Source: a virus
Virus record (IMG/VR): IMGVR_UViG_3300002835_000070
Span: 1-64,000 of that record
Length of the DNA stretch: 64,000 nt
Reading direction: 5' to 3' (one strand)
The notes under the pieces are model-generated. The model saw nothing but the letters and a program-made list of their open reading frames with translations. It ran no database searches and was not told the DNA's origin. The position numbers were made by a program, and so were the translations under genes. This document shows, piece after piece, positions 30,734 through 41,986 of the stretch (its first letter is position 1; the number at the start of each line of letters is the position of its first letter).

Positions 30734-32145
30734 TGGAAGATAATACAAAAGAGATAGAAAAATTTCAAAGAATTATAGACAATTTCCCTGCTGATTCAAC
30801 TGCGGTTAAAGTTGCAAAAGAAAAATTAGCGCAAATTCAAGAACGTAAAAAAGTTGAAGTTGACAAAGATTTTTCGGGAGTAGTAACGTCAATTAATACA
30901 TTGATAGACAAGGTGTACAATACATCGGCAAATACTTCAAGTAGAGATATTGATAATGCTATCAACGAGAGGTTGAAGAAGATGAAAATTAACGAAAATA
31001 ATTTATCTCCTGAACTTAAAAAGTTGATTGGCGAAACAAAAACTATTGAGGTAAAAGTCAATAATGTAAAAACGTTTAGCGGAAAAACAGGCGAAGACCG
31101 TAGATTGATTGATGTTTTGTTATCTGATTACGAAGCCCAAAACAACGTGTATTTATACGGAGAAGCGGGAACTGGTAAAACATTTGTCGCAGGTATTATC
31201 GCTGATAGAATCAACTACAAGCTAATTACTTTAAACTGTAATCAATATACTTCTCCGTTAGATATTTTAGGAGGACAAACAATTGACGGTTATCAAGAGG
31301 GTAGGCTTACTGAAGCGTGGGGCAACATTGAATTAGGTTTAAATGCTAAAAACGAACCTTACGAGGGTGCTTTATTGCTTTTAGACGAGTTACCTAAAAT
31401 CGACCCTAATACGGCAGGTTTATTAAATGACGGTTTAGCGAAAATTAAAGATGCCGTTAAAGTTGTTGAATTGGCTAATAAAACTACAATAGAAGTTCAG
31501 CCAACAATATCAAATGGTAGAGGACAAAGGATACCAAGAGCAAAGATTTTTATCATTGCAACAGGTAACTCTTTGCTTAATGAGGCGAACAAAGATTACG
31601 AAGCGAATTTCAAACAGGATTTATCTTTACAAGACCGTTTCGCAGGAAGTTGTTACAAAATTACTTATAACTACAAATTTGAGTACGATAAAATAATGAC
31701 TAATATATCATCGGAAAGTTTCCCTGACGGAACTGTGATTGATATGACTTTTGCATTTAACTTCTTGGCTCAATTGCGTCAGCAAATTGTAGAAGATAGA
31801 TTAACGGGAATTGCTTTCGTTTCAACTCGTTTGATGATTGTAGCAAGAGATACGTTTGTTGCTTTTCTTGTAAATAGAGAAGAAACTCCGAACAAAATAC
31901 CAAGACCTAAAAAATTAAGTGAGGTTGTGAAATCATTCTTGGCTTTATTCTCTGAACAACAAAGAGAAAGTCTAATTCAAAAGTTAGATAGTCAGTTCAA
32001 AGAATTTTACGCTATTTGCGAAGTTAAAGACGTTACGCCTTTAGACCAATTAGGTACTTCGACAGAATTAGAGAGAAAAACTGCGGAACTAATAATCGAG
32101 GAAGCAGAAAGAAAATATGCTGAAAATAGTGCAATCCCTTTATAA
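30733..32145 (+). CDS. MoxR/CbbQ/CobS-type AAA+ ATPase
   Basis: Walker A GEAGTGKT, Walker B LLLLDE, IATGN, QDLSLQDRF. Confidence 0.88.
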
Positions 32146-32148
32146 AAA

Positions 32149-33738
32149 ATGATAAACGCAAGTCTTGCAAGACAATTAGAGATTTACTTTTACAACTCCC
32201 AAAGGGATTTGCTAAAAGAAGTTGAGGATTATTGGTTAAATAATCCGTCAGAGTATGACCCTATTGTTCAAAGACCCGATACTTCGGATGACTACATTAG
32301 AAGCAATCCTGAATTTTATGGGTATGACCCTAATAGTAATAAAACACTTCAGGAACAATTCTCTTATGATGAAGTTAAGATTTTTAGCGATATGCCTTTA
32401 TTGGAAAGTGCTTTAAATGGATTTTCTGACATTAAAAGAACATTAGATTTAGGAGGGGATTTCGATTCAGCAAGAATGAAATTTACGTCTTTGCCAAAAG
32501 GTGTATTCAATTTCGGTATAGCTTCAAAAGGGCTATACAGAAAAGTTGAATATTTTGACGAAACTCACGGTATAGTAATAGATAGTAACCTTGTTTTGCA
32601 AAGTGAAATTGACAACACGCCTTATTATAATTTCAAAGGTAATAGATTGTATTTAAGAAAGCAACAAGAGGGAACTTCTTTAATTGAAAAGCATTGTGAG
32701 GGCGTAAAGGTTAAATATTCAGATGCTAATATGTTATACTTGCCCTTTAAAGACGGTAAAATTTACAATGGTTGTGGATTTGAAGTTAATAAGGAAAAAG
32801 GAATTTTCGCTAAATTAAAATATGCCACAACTACAAAAAAGGTTTTTTCTTATAGAGAAAAATTAGGTGGTGGAATTTCCCCTTTTGTGGATTTATTTGT
32901 TGTGGTCGGTGGGCTTGGAACATTAGAAACAGAAGCTATGTTGGCTAAAAATTTACCAACATTTATCGTTGCTGATATTTTAGAAAAAGCAGGGGTTAAA
33001 GTAAGGATTTACGGTGTTAGGTCATATTCTAAAGATGATAAAATAGTTTTTTTACCATTTGCTTTAAAAGAATATGGAGAAACAATTGATTTTGGAAGCC
33101 TTGCTTCTTTTACTTCTGATGTTAGATTTTTTAGAGTAAATCTTTGGAGAAGTACGGCAACAATTAGAAGAATGGCTGAAAAAGCTAAAAACCCAAGAAG
33201 TTCAAGCTATCCTAAAGGAATGGGAACTACACTTTATGGGTATAATAACAATGTTCGAGATGAGTTATATGATGTTTTTCAAATGTATAAAAATTGGGTT
33301 TTTAATAATAAAGGCTCTGTAAAAAATACAACTAAAATAAACGATAAAGGATTGATGATTCTTGGAGGGTTAAGAAATATTCAAAATTCTGATAAACTAA
33401 CAGGAAGAAATCAGGCTCAAACATTTGCGAAAATAAAAGAAGAGGTTTATAGAATGTTAGATTATGTTGGTATGTTGTTAACAACTAATCCATCAAAATT
33501 TATTCAGGGAATTTACAATAGAGAAAAAGATAGCCCTAAATATGCTAATTATTCTATACCACAAAGAAAGCAAGAAATGACAAGATATTTATCAGGTCTT
33601 ATTAGAGATAATTTACAAGTCGTTCCTGATTTAAACGACCCGAATTTAAAGGTTTACGAAACACCTAAAGACGAGGTTTTAAGAATTGAAGAACGAACAA
33701 AAGACTTGATAAAAGCAATCGAAAAAACATTGAGTTAG
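32149..33738 (+). CDS. Putative VWA-like partner of the MoxR ATPase
   Basis: Directly follows the AAA+ gene; VADILEKAGVKVRIY...LKEYGE...FFR pattern; canonical MIDAS DxSxS not evident. Confidence 0.5.
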   Translation: MINASLARQLEIYFYNSQRDLLKEVEDYWLNNPSEYDPIVQRPDTSDDYIRSNPEFYGYDPNSNKTLQEQFSYDEVKIFSDMPLLESALNGFSDIKRTLDLGGDFDSARMKFTSLPKGVFNFGIASKGLYRKVEYFDETHGIVIDSNLVLQSEIDNTPYYNFKGNRLYLRKQQEGTSLIEKHCEGVKVKYSDANMLYLPFKDGKIYNGCGFEVNKEKGIFAKLKYATTTKKVFSYREKLGGGISPFVDLFVVVGGLGTLETEAMLAKNLPTFIVADILEKAGVKVRIYGVRSYSKDDKIVFLPFALKEYGETIDFGSLASFTSDVRFFRVNLWRSTATIRRMAEKAKNPRSSSYPKGMGTTLYGYNNNVRDELYDVFQMYKNWVFNNKGSVKNTTKINDKGLMILGGLRNIQNSDKLTGRNQAQTFAKIKEEVYRMLDYVGMLLTTNPSKFIQGIYNREKDSPKYANYSIPQRKQEMTRYLSGLIRDNLQVVPDLNDPNLKVYETPKDEVLRIEERTKDLIKAIEKTLS

Positions 33739-33739
33739 T

Positions 33740-34015
33740 ATGATAGCAGAAGCAACAAAACGGAAAAAATATTACCAAGATTTTGGTAAACACAAAAACG
33801 TATCTTTGAGTAAACTTCAGGTTTTGAAACACCCTGAAATTCCAAATACATTTTTTATTCACGTTAATTACCACATCGGAGAGGGTGGTATTTACAAGGA
33901 AGCAGAAATACTTGAATCATACGATACCGAAAAGGGTTGGCAGAATTTAGAAAGAGAAATGACACGTTTGGAGTACGGTGCTTTTTTAGGCGATTTAAAG
34001 CCGACAGAAATATAA
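33740..34015 (+). CDS. Hypothetical protein
   Basis: Operon packing. Confidence 0.6.
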   Translation: MIAEATKRKKYYQDFGKHKNVSLSKLQVLKHPEIPNTFFIHVNYHIGEGGIYKEAEILESYDTEKGWQNLEREMTRLEYGAFLGDLKPTEI

Positions 34016-34031
34016 TTTAAAAAGGTAAGAA

Positions 34032-35102
34032 ATGGAATTAATAATGGATTATAAAGAGGGGAATTTAATAATGGATGATATATCAGGTAGATTATACTTG
34101 GTATCTTTCAAGACCCTTTACAACTTGGTTTTAATAGAATTTCAAAGAGATATTAGAGAACGCAGACCATATTCAGATTGGCAAAGTAATTTACCTTTGT
34201 TTACTTGGAAAAACTATAACTTGACAAATAAAGACGACATTAATGAACTAAATAACAATTTTAATATTACGCTTGACCCTAAAAAAATATCAAGATATTA
34301 TCCAAATGTTTACGGAGTTGAAGTTGGTTCTGTTGTTGAATTTGACTATAAGCAAATGATGTTAATTGGAGAAACTGAAAGAAAAGTTTTGACTTTTAAA
34401 TTAACACGACCTGTTTTGTTTGATTTTAACAAAGTAAAAGAAAAATACATCGTATTTGATAGGCTAAATAAATTAAACGAGTTACAACAAGATTTTAATA
34501 GTAATTGGGCTGATTATTTTGTAACCCCTTTATCTTCTAAAGAAAATATTGATTGGGTTGTAGTTAAAGACAGGTTGCCTTTTGAAGAGGTTATCGGTAA
34601 AGAGTTTATAATTAATGAATTTGTTCATACGCCTACTGATAAAATTACTTTAAATGATTTTATGGAAGTCATAGATACTAAAAAGCTAAATAAAATTGCT
34701 GACGAGAGTATTAAGAACGAAATAATCAATTTAATTAAGCAAACTTTGGTTCTTGCTAAAGAAAACGAAACTATTGGTATTAAAGGCGAACCTGCTAAAC
34801 CAAAGGAGAAAGAAAATAAATTTAAAGTTGAATACACTTTCAAATTAAATGCTTCTGATAAAGACGTTTTAACCGAAATTTATGATATTTTTGCAACAGA
34901 CGAAGAAGAAGCTATAAAAAAGGCTCAAAAAGAATTTTACGATATTTACGAGGGTTTAAATTACGATTTAATTTCAGTATCTTTGGTTGAAGATGTTGAA
35001 CAAAAAGAACCTGTCGAACCAACAGTTGAAGTTCCTCTTACTAAAGAACAAGAACAAGAACTTGAAATGCTTAATAATTTGCTGATGTCAACAATGCAAT
35101 AA
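34032..35102 (+). CDS. Hypothetical protein
   Basis: 356-aa ORF. Confidence 0.7.
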   Translation: MELIMDYKEGNLIMDDISGRLYLVSFKTLYNLVLIEFQRDIRERRPYSDWQSNLPLFTWKNYNLTNKDDINELNNNFNITLDPKKISRYYPNVYGVEVGSVVEFDYKQMMLIGETERKVLTFKLTRPVLFDFNKVKEKYIVFDRLNKLNELQQDFNSNWADYFVTPLSSKENIDWVVVKDRLPFEEVIGKEFIINEFVHTPTDKITLNDFMEVIDTKKLNKIADESIKNEIINLIKQTLVLAKENETIGIKGEPAKPKEKENKFKVEYTFKLNASDKDVLTEIYDIFATDEEEAIKKAQKEFYDIYEGLNYDLISVSLVEDVEQKEPVEPTVEVPLTKEQEQELEMLNNLLMSTMQ

Positions 35103-35170
35103 AATTAATCAGATTAATTAAAATTTAAAAGACTTATTAAAAACATACGAATAATAAAAAAATTGAAAAT

Positions 35171-38100
35171 ATGAACCTTACTTTATTAAAAAAATACGAA
35201 ACTCTTGAAATTTCTAAAGTGTCTGAAAAAGACCAAAAGACTTTGGAACAAGTAAAAAAACTTCTTAATAATTTTGAAGAAACCAATGAGGCAAAAAACA
35301 AAGTTGGCGAACAAATATTAGACCAAGTTATAAAGTTGAATCCTGATGCCGTAAAAAAGCCACAGGTGGTTGCTCAAAAAGTTGCTAAAGTAAAACAAGT
35401 CGCTAAAGCGAAAAAAGTTACTCAAGCGAAAAAACCTGCAACCACTTCTACTGCTAAAACTTCGGGCAATAATATAATGTCAGTTGCTAAAGAAATTCAA
35501 AAAGCAGGAGAATCTTGGAAAGATGCTATGGAACGTGCTAAAACAGTTCTTAAAGAACGTAGAGGTCAAGTTGCAGAGCAAAAGAAAACTGAATTGGAAA
35601 AACTTTTGGCTCTTGTGAGAACTAAAAAAGAACTTCAAGGATTTGCTAATTCCGATATTAAACGTGATGCGGTAAGAGAAGCAAAAGTAAAAGGAGCAAG
35701 ATTTGTAACCAAAGAGGGTTCTACTTCAAATGCCTATGGTACTTTCCCTAATAAGTTAGGTAGAAAGTATTGGGAAACTCGTGACCGTCACTCTGACCGT
35801 TTAGCACCTAATTACCCAAAAGATATGCCTTTGTTGGCTAAAGGTGGTAATGTATCTAACGAAGAAAAGTTGCTGAAAGAGTTACATAAACTTCAAAGAG
35901 ATTTGAATAGCAGTAGATTAAGTACTTACAGAGAGGGCGATGATTCTCAAGAAGAAAAAGACAGAACAAGAGAAAGAGAATCTAAACTTGCTCGTTTCAA
36001 TGAGATTTTAAAAGTATTAAGAGAAAGTGATGCTAAATTTGCTAACGGTGGCTCACTTCCATTTATGACAGACCCTAACTTTGGAAACTTCCAAAATACA
36101 GGTTCGTTTGCTGACGGAGGGGATTTAGATAAATACAAGTTAGAACTTTACGATATGGATTATGCTTTTATTTCATCTCCTAAACTTTCTGAATTAAAAA
36201 AAGAATTTGCGAATGAAATAAAAAACAAAGGTTACAAGGTATTTGATTTACCTACATCACACCCTGATTATAAAAGAGGGAATAAATGGGGGCTTTTTAA
36301 ACCAAAATCTTTTGAACTTGGTGGCGCATTTATGACAACTGATTTAGCAGGTCATTCAGGCGGTGGTACGGGCGGTTTAAATGCCGATATGCCTTTAAGC
36401 GGGGTTTCAGGAACTAACTACACGGGTCTTGTTGGAGAAACAGGTGCTATGTCAAGCGGAGAGTTGTTTATGGACGGTGGGGCTATGGCTCAAAACCAAC
36501 AAGTAATCAATGATGCTTCTCAATCTTATGTTAACTACTACTTGGGCGAGGGCGCAAGTCAAGGTATTTACAAAGACGGTGGTTCTATTCCTAATAATTA
36601 TGAGGGAAGAACTCCTGAAGATGTTTGGAATAATTGGGATTTATCACAAAAATTACATTTTTTAAGTGACCACACCGAAGAAGTTTACGGAAAAGCATCG
36701 GTAAAAGGAGAAACGAATAATGAAATAAACGAGTTTTTTGGAAAATTAATTTATGAAAAATATGACGACTTACCTATAAATATAAAAGTTGCTTTAGTTA
36801 TGCACACTACTCGTGGTCAATACGCAAGTGGTGGTGCTTTAAAAGACGTTGATGATAATCTTTATGTTTCTATTTCAAAAACAGAAGACGATTATTGGTT
36901 TATTACTTCAAAACCAACAACAAAAAAACAAGCCGAAGAAATGGCTAATTTAGTTACTCCAATGAGAGGAGAGGTTAATGATGTAAAAACTGTTGGTCAA
37001 GTAAAGGCTCACTCAAAAGTGATTTACGAAAATGGTGGTGCTTTCGCTCCAAGCGTTTCAAACGGAACTGAATTTATGAGTGGGGTTTATGCTAATGGTG
37101 GTTCTATGTCAGAAGACATATCCGAGTGTAAAAAACTTGTTTCTGCTTTCTGTAAAGAATTTGGAGATAAATTTGGTCTAAATGAAGAAGCGATTTTAGA
37201 AAAAGTAAAATTTAGAGATTATCTTGGAAATGGGGCAAGTGTTTTCGTTAGTCTTTCCGTTACTTCAAATGTTGAAGATTTAAAGGTGGGAGAAACAAGA
37301 CCGACAGGAGGTTATATAATTTTTACAAGCGACATCAATCCAAACGGAGTTACGGGTAAAGACGATATTGCAAGAACTTACAGTATTGACATTGAAATAA
37401 AAGGTGTTAAAAGATATACTCAAAGAAGAACTGAAGAGGGTAGATACTTTAAGTCTTACAATTATGGAAGAACGATTGAGGAGGCTATGGACAAAACTGA
37501 TACTAAAATAATTTACGACTTATATTCTTTAGAGAAAAAAGACGATTTAAAATTTAAAATGAGTAGTTTATTTGCTGACGGTGGTGCTTTCGCTCCAAGC
37601 ATTTCAAACGGAACTCAATTTATGAATGGGGTTTACGCTAATGGTGGTTCGGTAAATGATTCAGTAATTGATGAATTGTGGAATGGTTATGCTTCGGCAG
37701 TTCTTTTCACGGAAACTGATTCTGATTCAGGAGAGCCACTTGATAGCGAATATTCTGTTTCTGATTTCGACAAAGAAACTGTAACTTCAACTAAAAAAAT
37801 GTTGGCTGATTACTATTCAGAAAACAAAGATGCCATTGAAGAAAGCGGACTTGATTTAGATACTATCGGAAATGATATTTGGTACACAAGAAGCAGACAA
37901 GGCGTAGGTTTCTTTGACCATAGTCTTGATGAAGAAGTAGAAGAAAAACTAACCAAAGGTGCAGAAGCACTTGGAGAATACCCAAGCGTTGAAACTTATG
38001 ACGGAAAAATTTCTGTAAGAGGTGGAAAGGTTTTTGCTAAAGGCGGAAAAATAAAAGTTGGAGGCGATGATTTTACTTTTTTACTTGACTTATCGGATAA

Positions 38101-41100
38101 AGAATTGCAAGAAAGATTGGAATTGGTTAATAAGCAAAAAACTATTAACGCTAAAAAATATTTTGAAGCGAAAGATAAAAAAGAAAATACTTCTAAAATA
38201 GAAGAGGCGGGTACAAGATTAGATAATCAATGGTATGCAATAGTTGAAGCAAGAAGTATAAAAAATTTCGCCAAAGGCGGTTTTGTTGGTACGGTTGAAT
38301 TCAACGTAGGAGATACTGTTTGGCAAAAAGACGAAAAAAGATACGCAACTGTAATGAATAATTATGGCGACCCTATCAATGGAGATTATGGAGAATTAAG
38401 ACTTGATACAACAGGGAATACTCTAATATTTACTTCTGATAAAGAATACAATACAACAGGCTATAATCTTATCAAACTTGGAGAAAAAGGCGACACGGGT
38501 AAATTCACTCCTGAAGTTCTTGAAGATATGAAAGCAAGTGCAAACCGTCTTATTGAATCAAGAAGACAAGGTAAGGATAAAGAGGGTGTTGCTTACTATC
38601 AGGAAGTTTACAAAAGACTTCTTGACGGAGAGTTTGATTCTATGGCAGGTGGTGCTAAAGCGACTGCTTCTAACAAAAAAAGTTCAGTTGATTATACTTA
38701 CGTTCCTAATAAAGACGTAAAAGAATTGAGCGTTGTAGTTAAGGGCGAATTAAAGAAATTAATGGGTTCTGATATACTTGACGGGGTTTACGTTAAAAAT
38801 TCAGCGAAATCTACTGCGAAATCTACTGCAAAAGTAGATGCAAATGCCGTGTTTGCTAAAATGCTTAAAGATGCAAAAGAAGCAAAAATCGGAAAGACGA
38901 AAAGGTTTACCGTTACTGATTTAAAAAAATTAAATCTTGAAATGGTTCAAAAACTTGTAGAGGCAGGTTACACCGAACAACAAATAAGAAATATTATTTT
39001 TGGATATGCTTTTGATAACGAAATTGTGGCTGACAACGAACTTGAATACGATAAGGGTATTTTTTCTTACGAAGACACTTATGTTAAAAGCAAAATCGAG
39101 GGTTTAGTTGAGGCTCAAAAAAACAAAGAGTTTGCAGTTGGTATTGAATACCCTGACTTTGATTGGCAAGGTATCATAAAGAAATATAAAATATCTTCAA
39201 AACCTAAAGACATAACTGAAAAACAAAAAGGTACTTCAGGTTCTACCGAGAACTACTATGAAGTTTTTGTTGGAGAAAATATAGTGATAGGTCATAATTA
39301 CGGATATAAATGGCTTGATGCTGACGGAAAAGTGTTAAGTAATTATATGGAAGAGGATAAAAAAGTTTCTGACCCTACTAAACAAAATGCTTGGCAAAAA
39401 GAAAGAGGACAAAAAGCAGGTTTCAACGGAGGTTGGTGGACTATTATTTCTTCTAAAATAGAAATTATTGACGATGTATTGAAAACTTTACTTGCTCAAA
39501 AGGGTAGTTACTGTAAAGAGATACAATTTTATGACGATTCTTTACCTAAAGCCTTAAAAGAAAACAAGATTGATTTTGAACTTGGGGGAGATTTTGCTCC
39601 AAACGTTTCAGACGGAACTCAATTTATGGGCGATGTTTATGCTAAAGGCGGAAAACTTACAAAATATATCGACCACGATGATATTAAAAGCGTTACCTTA
39701 AAATTAAAAGGTAAAGTTGTAACTGTTGCAGGTAGTGATGTTTTGAATGGTGCAAACATATTAAAAGACGGTGGAGATTTAAGTAAAATTGCAAACTACG
39801 TTGGTAAAAACGATGTGGTTTCTGTTGAACTTAAAAACGGAGAAACTATAAAACCTGCAAATGGATATTGGGTAAAGAAAGGGGCAGAGCCTCTTTCTGC
39901 TCCAAGTTCAAAACCTGTTAGTAAAACAGGTGCGAGATTTAAGTTTGAAGTTGGCGATAAAGTAATGGTTGATGATTCGGGTTATGTTACCTCTTTTACA
40001 GAATTTGACTTATCTAAACCTGCCGAAATTATTGACAGGTCTGTATCGAAAATGGGTGGAAAAACTTATTACTTTTATAAGTTGAAAATGGCTGACGGTA
40101 GAACTGCTTTTAATCAGGCAGAACAAAGTAAATTGACACTTGCACAAAACACAACGCCTACTTCTAAAAAAGATGTTAATAAGTTAGTCGCTCCAAAGGG
40201 ATATGTTTTTGTTAATTCAGGAAGCCATAGAGCAACCCAACAAATAAATAGAAGTGATGTAAAATACATTTCGTTGTACTCATTTGGAGGTTCTAACACA
40301 AGTGCAGGGACTACGATTATGTTTATGACCGAAAATGATTATGAAAAAATTAAAGGCGTAAGAGGTGTTTCTCCTGCTAAAAGTTATCTGTCTGCAAAAT
40401 CTCAATGGTTTTCAAGACAAGAAGATAAAAAATTAGACACTTTATTTAGAGAAATTGAACAAAAAGAATCTTTTGGTTATGCTGACGGTGGAAGTACTGA
40501 TGAAGTTGCCAAAATAAAAGTATCAAGTCCTGACGGAAAATATGTAGATACTTGGTACATTACAAAAGATACCGATACAACTCACTTTTACATATCAAAT
40601 TCTACTGAATCAAAAGGAGTGCCGTATCACGTTGGTCAATTTAGAAGCGAGGTTTTTTACGAAGATTTAAGAAGTTGGTTAAAAGGCGGTACTAATATTG
40701 ATGGAAAAGAATATAAAACCAATTCTTACGCTAAAGGCGGAGAAATGCAAGGAAATAACATTGATGCTGAATTACAAGACTTCGATTTAGATAATTTAGA
40801 CCCTATTGAAACGATGCAGTATAATCATTTTGTAAAAAGTTCAGGCAAAGTCGGTGCGTTGCAGGTTTTAATAAATAGCGTTGAGGGCGACTATTCTCAA
40901 TTAAGTCCTGAATTGGCTGAATTGGCTGAAATGCAATTGTCAACCGAAGAATGGGACGAAATGACAAATGAACAAATAAGAGAAGAATATAGCTATGCTA
41001 AAGGCGGAGATGTTGAAGAAAGGTTAGTTGGAAGTTTTTACTATGACTCAAGAAAAGACAAAACTTTTAGAATAATTTATTCTGATAAAGATAAAATATC

Positions 41101-41974
41101 AATACAATATTTTGATAAATCTAAAAACCCTGTTGGTAAAATAGAAGACGTGCAAAGAAGTGAGTTTGAATATTTAACAAATATGGGTGCTTGGGGAAAA
41201 TATAAACAATCTTATTTTGCTGATGGCGGATTTATGAATAATGTTTACGCTAAAGGTGGAGATTTAAAAGGCAAATTTTTAGCTGAAATCGGAGTTCCTT
41301 ACAATTTTGAATATGTTGTTGAAGATGAGTACGAATTTTCTCGATTTTTATCAAAAGCCTTAACTAATAAATTTAATTTCGGAAACGGTGCTTGGGGTAT
41401 TAAAATAGTAAAACCATTATTTGAGAAAAACTACGGGCAAAAAATAGTTGTTGAAATTGACATACCTTTAGGTGTAACTCAAGGTGGCGGGTTAGATAAG
41501 TTTGACGTTTTAGAATTTATGTCAAAAACATTAACTAAAAAATGGTTTGGTAACGGTGTTTGGAGTGTTGAAGTTGTTAATAGTTATGCTGACGGTGCTA
41601 TGTTAGACGACAACGAGGGGTTTATGAAAGCAGATAACGAAAACAATTACAGATACCCTGAAAGAGAAGTTCACGTTGATACTCTTGACGAGCCAATTGA
41701 CTTGACTAATAAAGTAAGTCGCATAAGTGGCAAGATTGATACTCTTGACGAGCCAATTGATTTAAAAAGTAATGTAAGTCGCAGAACTAACGATGTTGTA
41801 ATTAGAACGCTTGACGAAAGTGCTGATTTGAATGACGACAAAAGAGTAAGAGCAAGAATGAGTTACAATCCAAAAGACAGAAACCCTGACAAACTTTTAA
41901 GTGTAAACCCAAGAGCGTTTGAGTTCATAAAGGATTTACCAATGCCTACATCAAACACACATAAAAACGATTAA
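35171..41974 (+). CDS. 2267-aa modular protein with about 20 [FY]xxGG-delimited segments (putative polyprotein)
   Basis: Repeated FADGG/YAKGG/YANGG/FELGG; recurring linkers AFAPSVSNGTEFMSGV and FMNNV. Confidence 0.8.
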   Translation: MNLTLLKKYETLEISKVSEKDQKTLEQVKKLLNNFEETNEAKNKVGEQILDQVIKLNPDAVKKPQVVAQKVAKVKQVAKAKKVTQAKKPATTSTAKTSGNNIMSVAKEIQKAGESWKDAMERAKTVLKERRGQVAEQKKTELEKLLALVRTKKELQGFANSDIKRDAVREAKVKGARFVTKEGSTSNAYGTFPNKLGRKYWETRDRHSDRLAPNYPKDMPLLAKGGNVSNEEKLLKELHKLQRDLNSSRLSTYREGDDSQEEKDRTRERESKLARFNEILKVLRESDAKFANGGSLPFMTDPNFGNFQNTGSFADGGDLDKYKLELYDMDYAFISSPKLSELKKEFANEIKNKGYKVFDLPTSHPDYKRGNKWGLFKPKSFELGGAFMTTDLAGHSGGGTGGLNADMPLSGVSGTNYTGLVGETGAMSSGELFMDGGAMAQNQQVINDASQSYVNYYLGEGASQGIYKDGGSIPNNYEGRTPEDVWNNWDLSQKLHFLSDHTEEVYGKASVKGETNNEINEFFGKLIYEKYDDLPINIKVALVMHTTRGQYASGGALKDVDDNLYVSISKTEDDYWFITSKPTTKKQAEEMANLVTPMRGEVNDVKTVGQVKAHSKVIYENGGAFAPSVSNGTEFMSGVYANGGSMSEDISECKKLVSAFCKEFGDKFGLNEEAILEKVKFRDYLGNGASVFVSLSVTSNVEDLKVGETRPTGGYIIFTSDINPNGVTGKDDIARTYSIDIEIKGVKRYTQRRTEEGRYFKSYNYGRTIEEAMDKTDTKIIYDLYSLEKKDDLKFKMSSLFADGGAFAPSISNGTQFMNGVYANGGSVNDSVIDELWNGYASAVLFTETDSDSGEPLDSEYSVSDFDKETVTSTKKMLADYYSENKDAIEESGLDLDTIGNDIWYTRSRQGVGFFDHSLDEEVEEKLTKGAEALGEYPSVETYDGKISVRGGKVFAKGGKIKVGGDDFTFLLDLSDKELQERLELVNKQKTINAKKYFEAKDKKENTSKIEEAGTRLDNQWYAIVEARSIKNFAKGGFVGTVEFNVGDTVWQKDEKRYATVMNNYGDPINGDYGELRLDTTGNTLIFTSDKEYNTTGYNLIKLGEKGDTGKFTPEVLEDMKASANRLIESRRQGKDKEGVAYYQEVYKRLLDGEFDSMAGGAKATASNKKSSVDYTYVPNKDVKELSVVVKGELKKLMGSDILDGVYVKNSAKSTAKSTAKVDANAVFAKMLKDAKEAKIGKTKRFTVTDLKKLNLEMVQKLVEAGYTEQQIRNIIFGYAFDNEIVADNELEYDKGIFSYEDTYVKSKIEGLVEAQKNKEFAVGIEYPDFDWQGIIKKYKISSKPKDITEKQKGTSGSTENYYEVFVGENIVIGHNYGYKWLDADGKVLSNYMEEDKKVSDPTKQNAWQKERGQKAGFNGGWWTIISSKIEIIDDVLKTLLAQKGSYCKEIQFYDDSLPKALKENKIDFELGGDFAPNVSDGTQFMGDVYAKGGKLTKYIDHDDIKSVTLKLKGKVVTVAGSDVLNGANILKDGGDLSKIANYVGKNDVVSVELKNGETIKPANGYWVKKGAEPLSAPSSKPVSKTGARFKFEVGDKVMVDDSGYVTSFTEFDLSKPAEIIDRSVSKMGGKTYYFYKLKMADGRTAFNQAEQSKLTLAQNTTPTSKKDVNKLVAPKGYVFVNSGSHRATQQINRSDVKYISLYSFGGSNTSAGTTIMFMTENDYEKIKGVRGVSPAKSYLSAKSQWFSRQEDKKLDTLFREIEQKESFGYADGGSTDEVAKIKVSSPDGKYVDTWYITKDTDTTHFYISNSTESKGVPYHVGQFRSEVFYEDLRSWLKGGTNIDGKEYKTNSYAKGGEMQGNNIDAELQDFDLDNLDPIETMQYNHFVKSSGKVGALQVLINSVEGDYSQLSPELAELAEMQLSTEEWDEMTNEQIREEYSYAKGGDVEERLVGSFYYDSRKDKTFRIIYSDKDKISIQYFDKSKNPVGKIEDVQRSEFEYLTNMGAWGKYKQSYFADGGFMNNVYAKGGDLKGKFLAEIGVPYNFEYVVEDEYEFSRFLSKALTNKFNFGNGAWGIKIVKPLFEKNYGQKIVVEIDIPLGVTQGGGLDKFDVLEFMSKTLTKKWFGNGVWSVEVVNSYADGAMLDDNEGFMKADNENNYRYPEREVHVDTLDEPIDLTNKVSRISGKIDTLDEPIDLKSNVSRRTNDVVIRTLDESADLNDDKRVRARMSYNPKDRNPDKLLSVNPRAFEFIKDLPMPTSNTHKND

Positions 41975-41986
41975 TTTAAAAATACT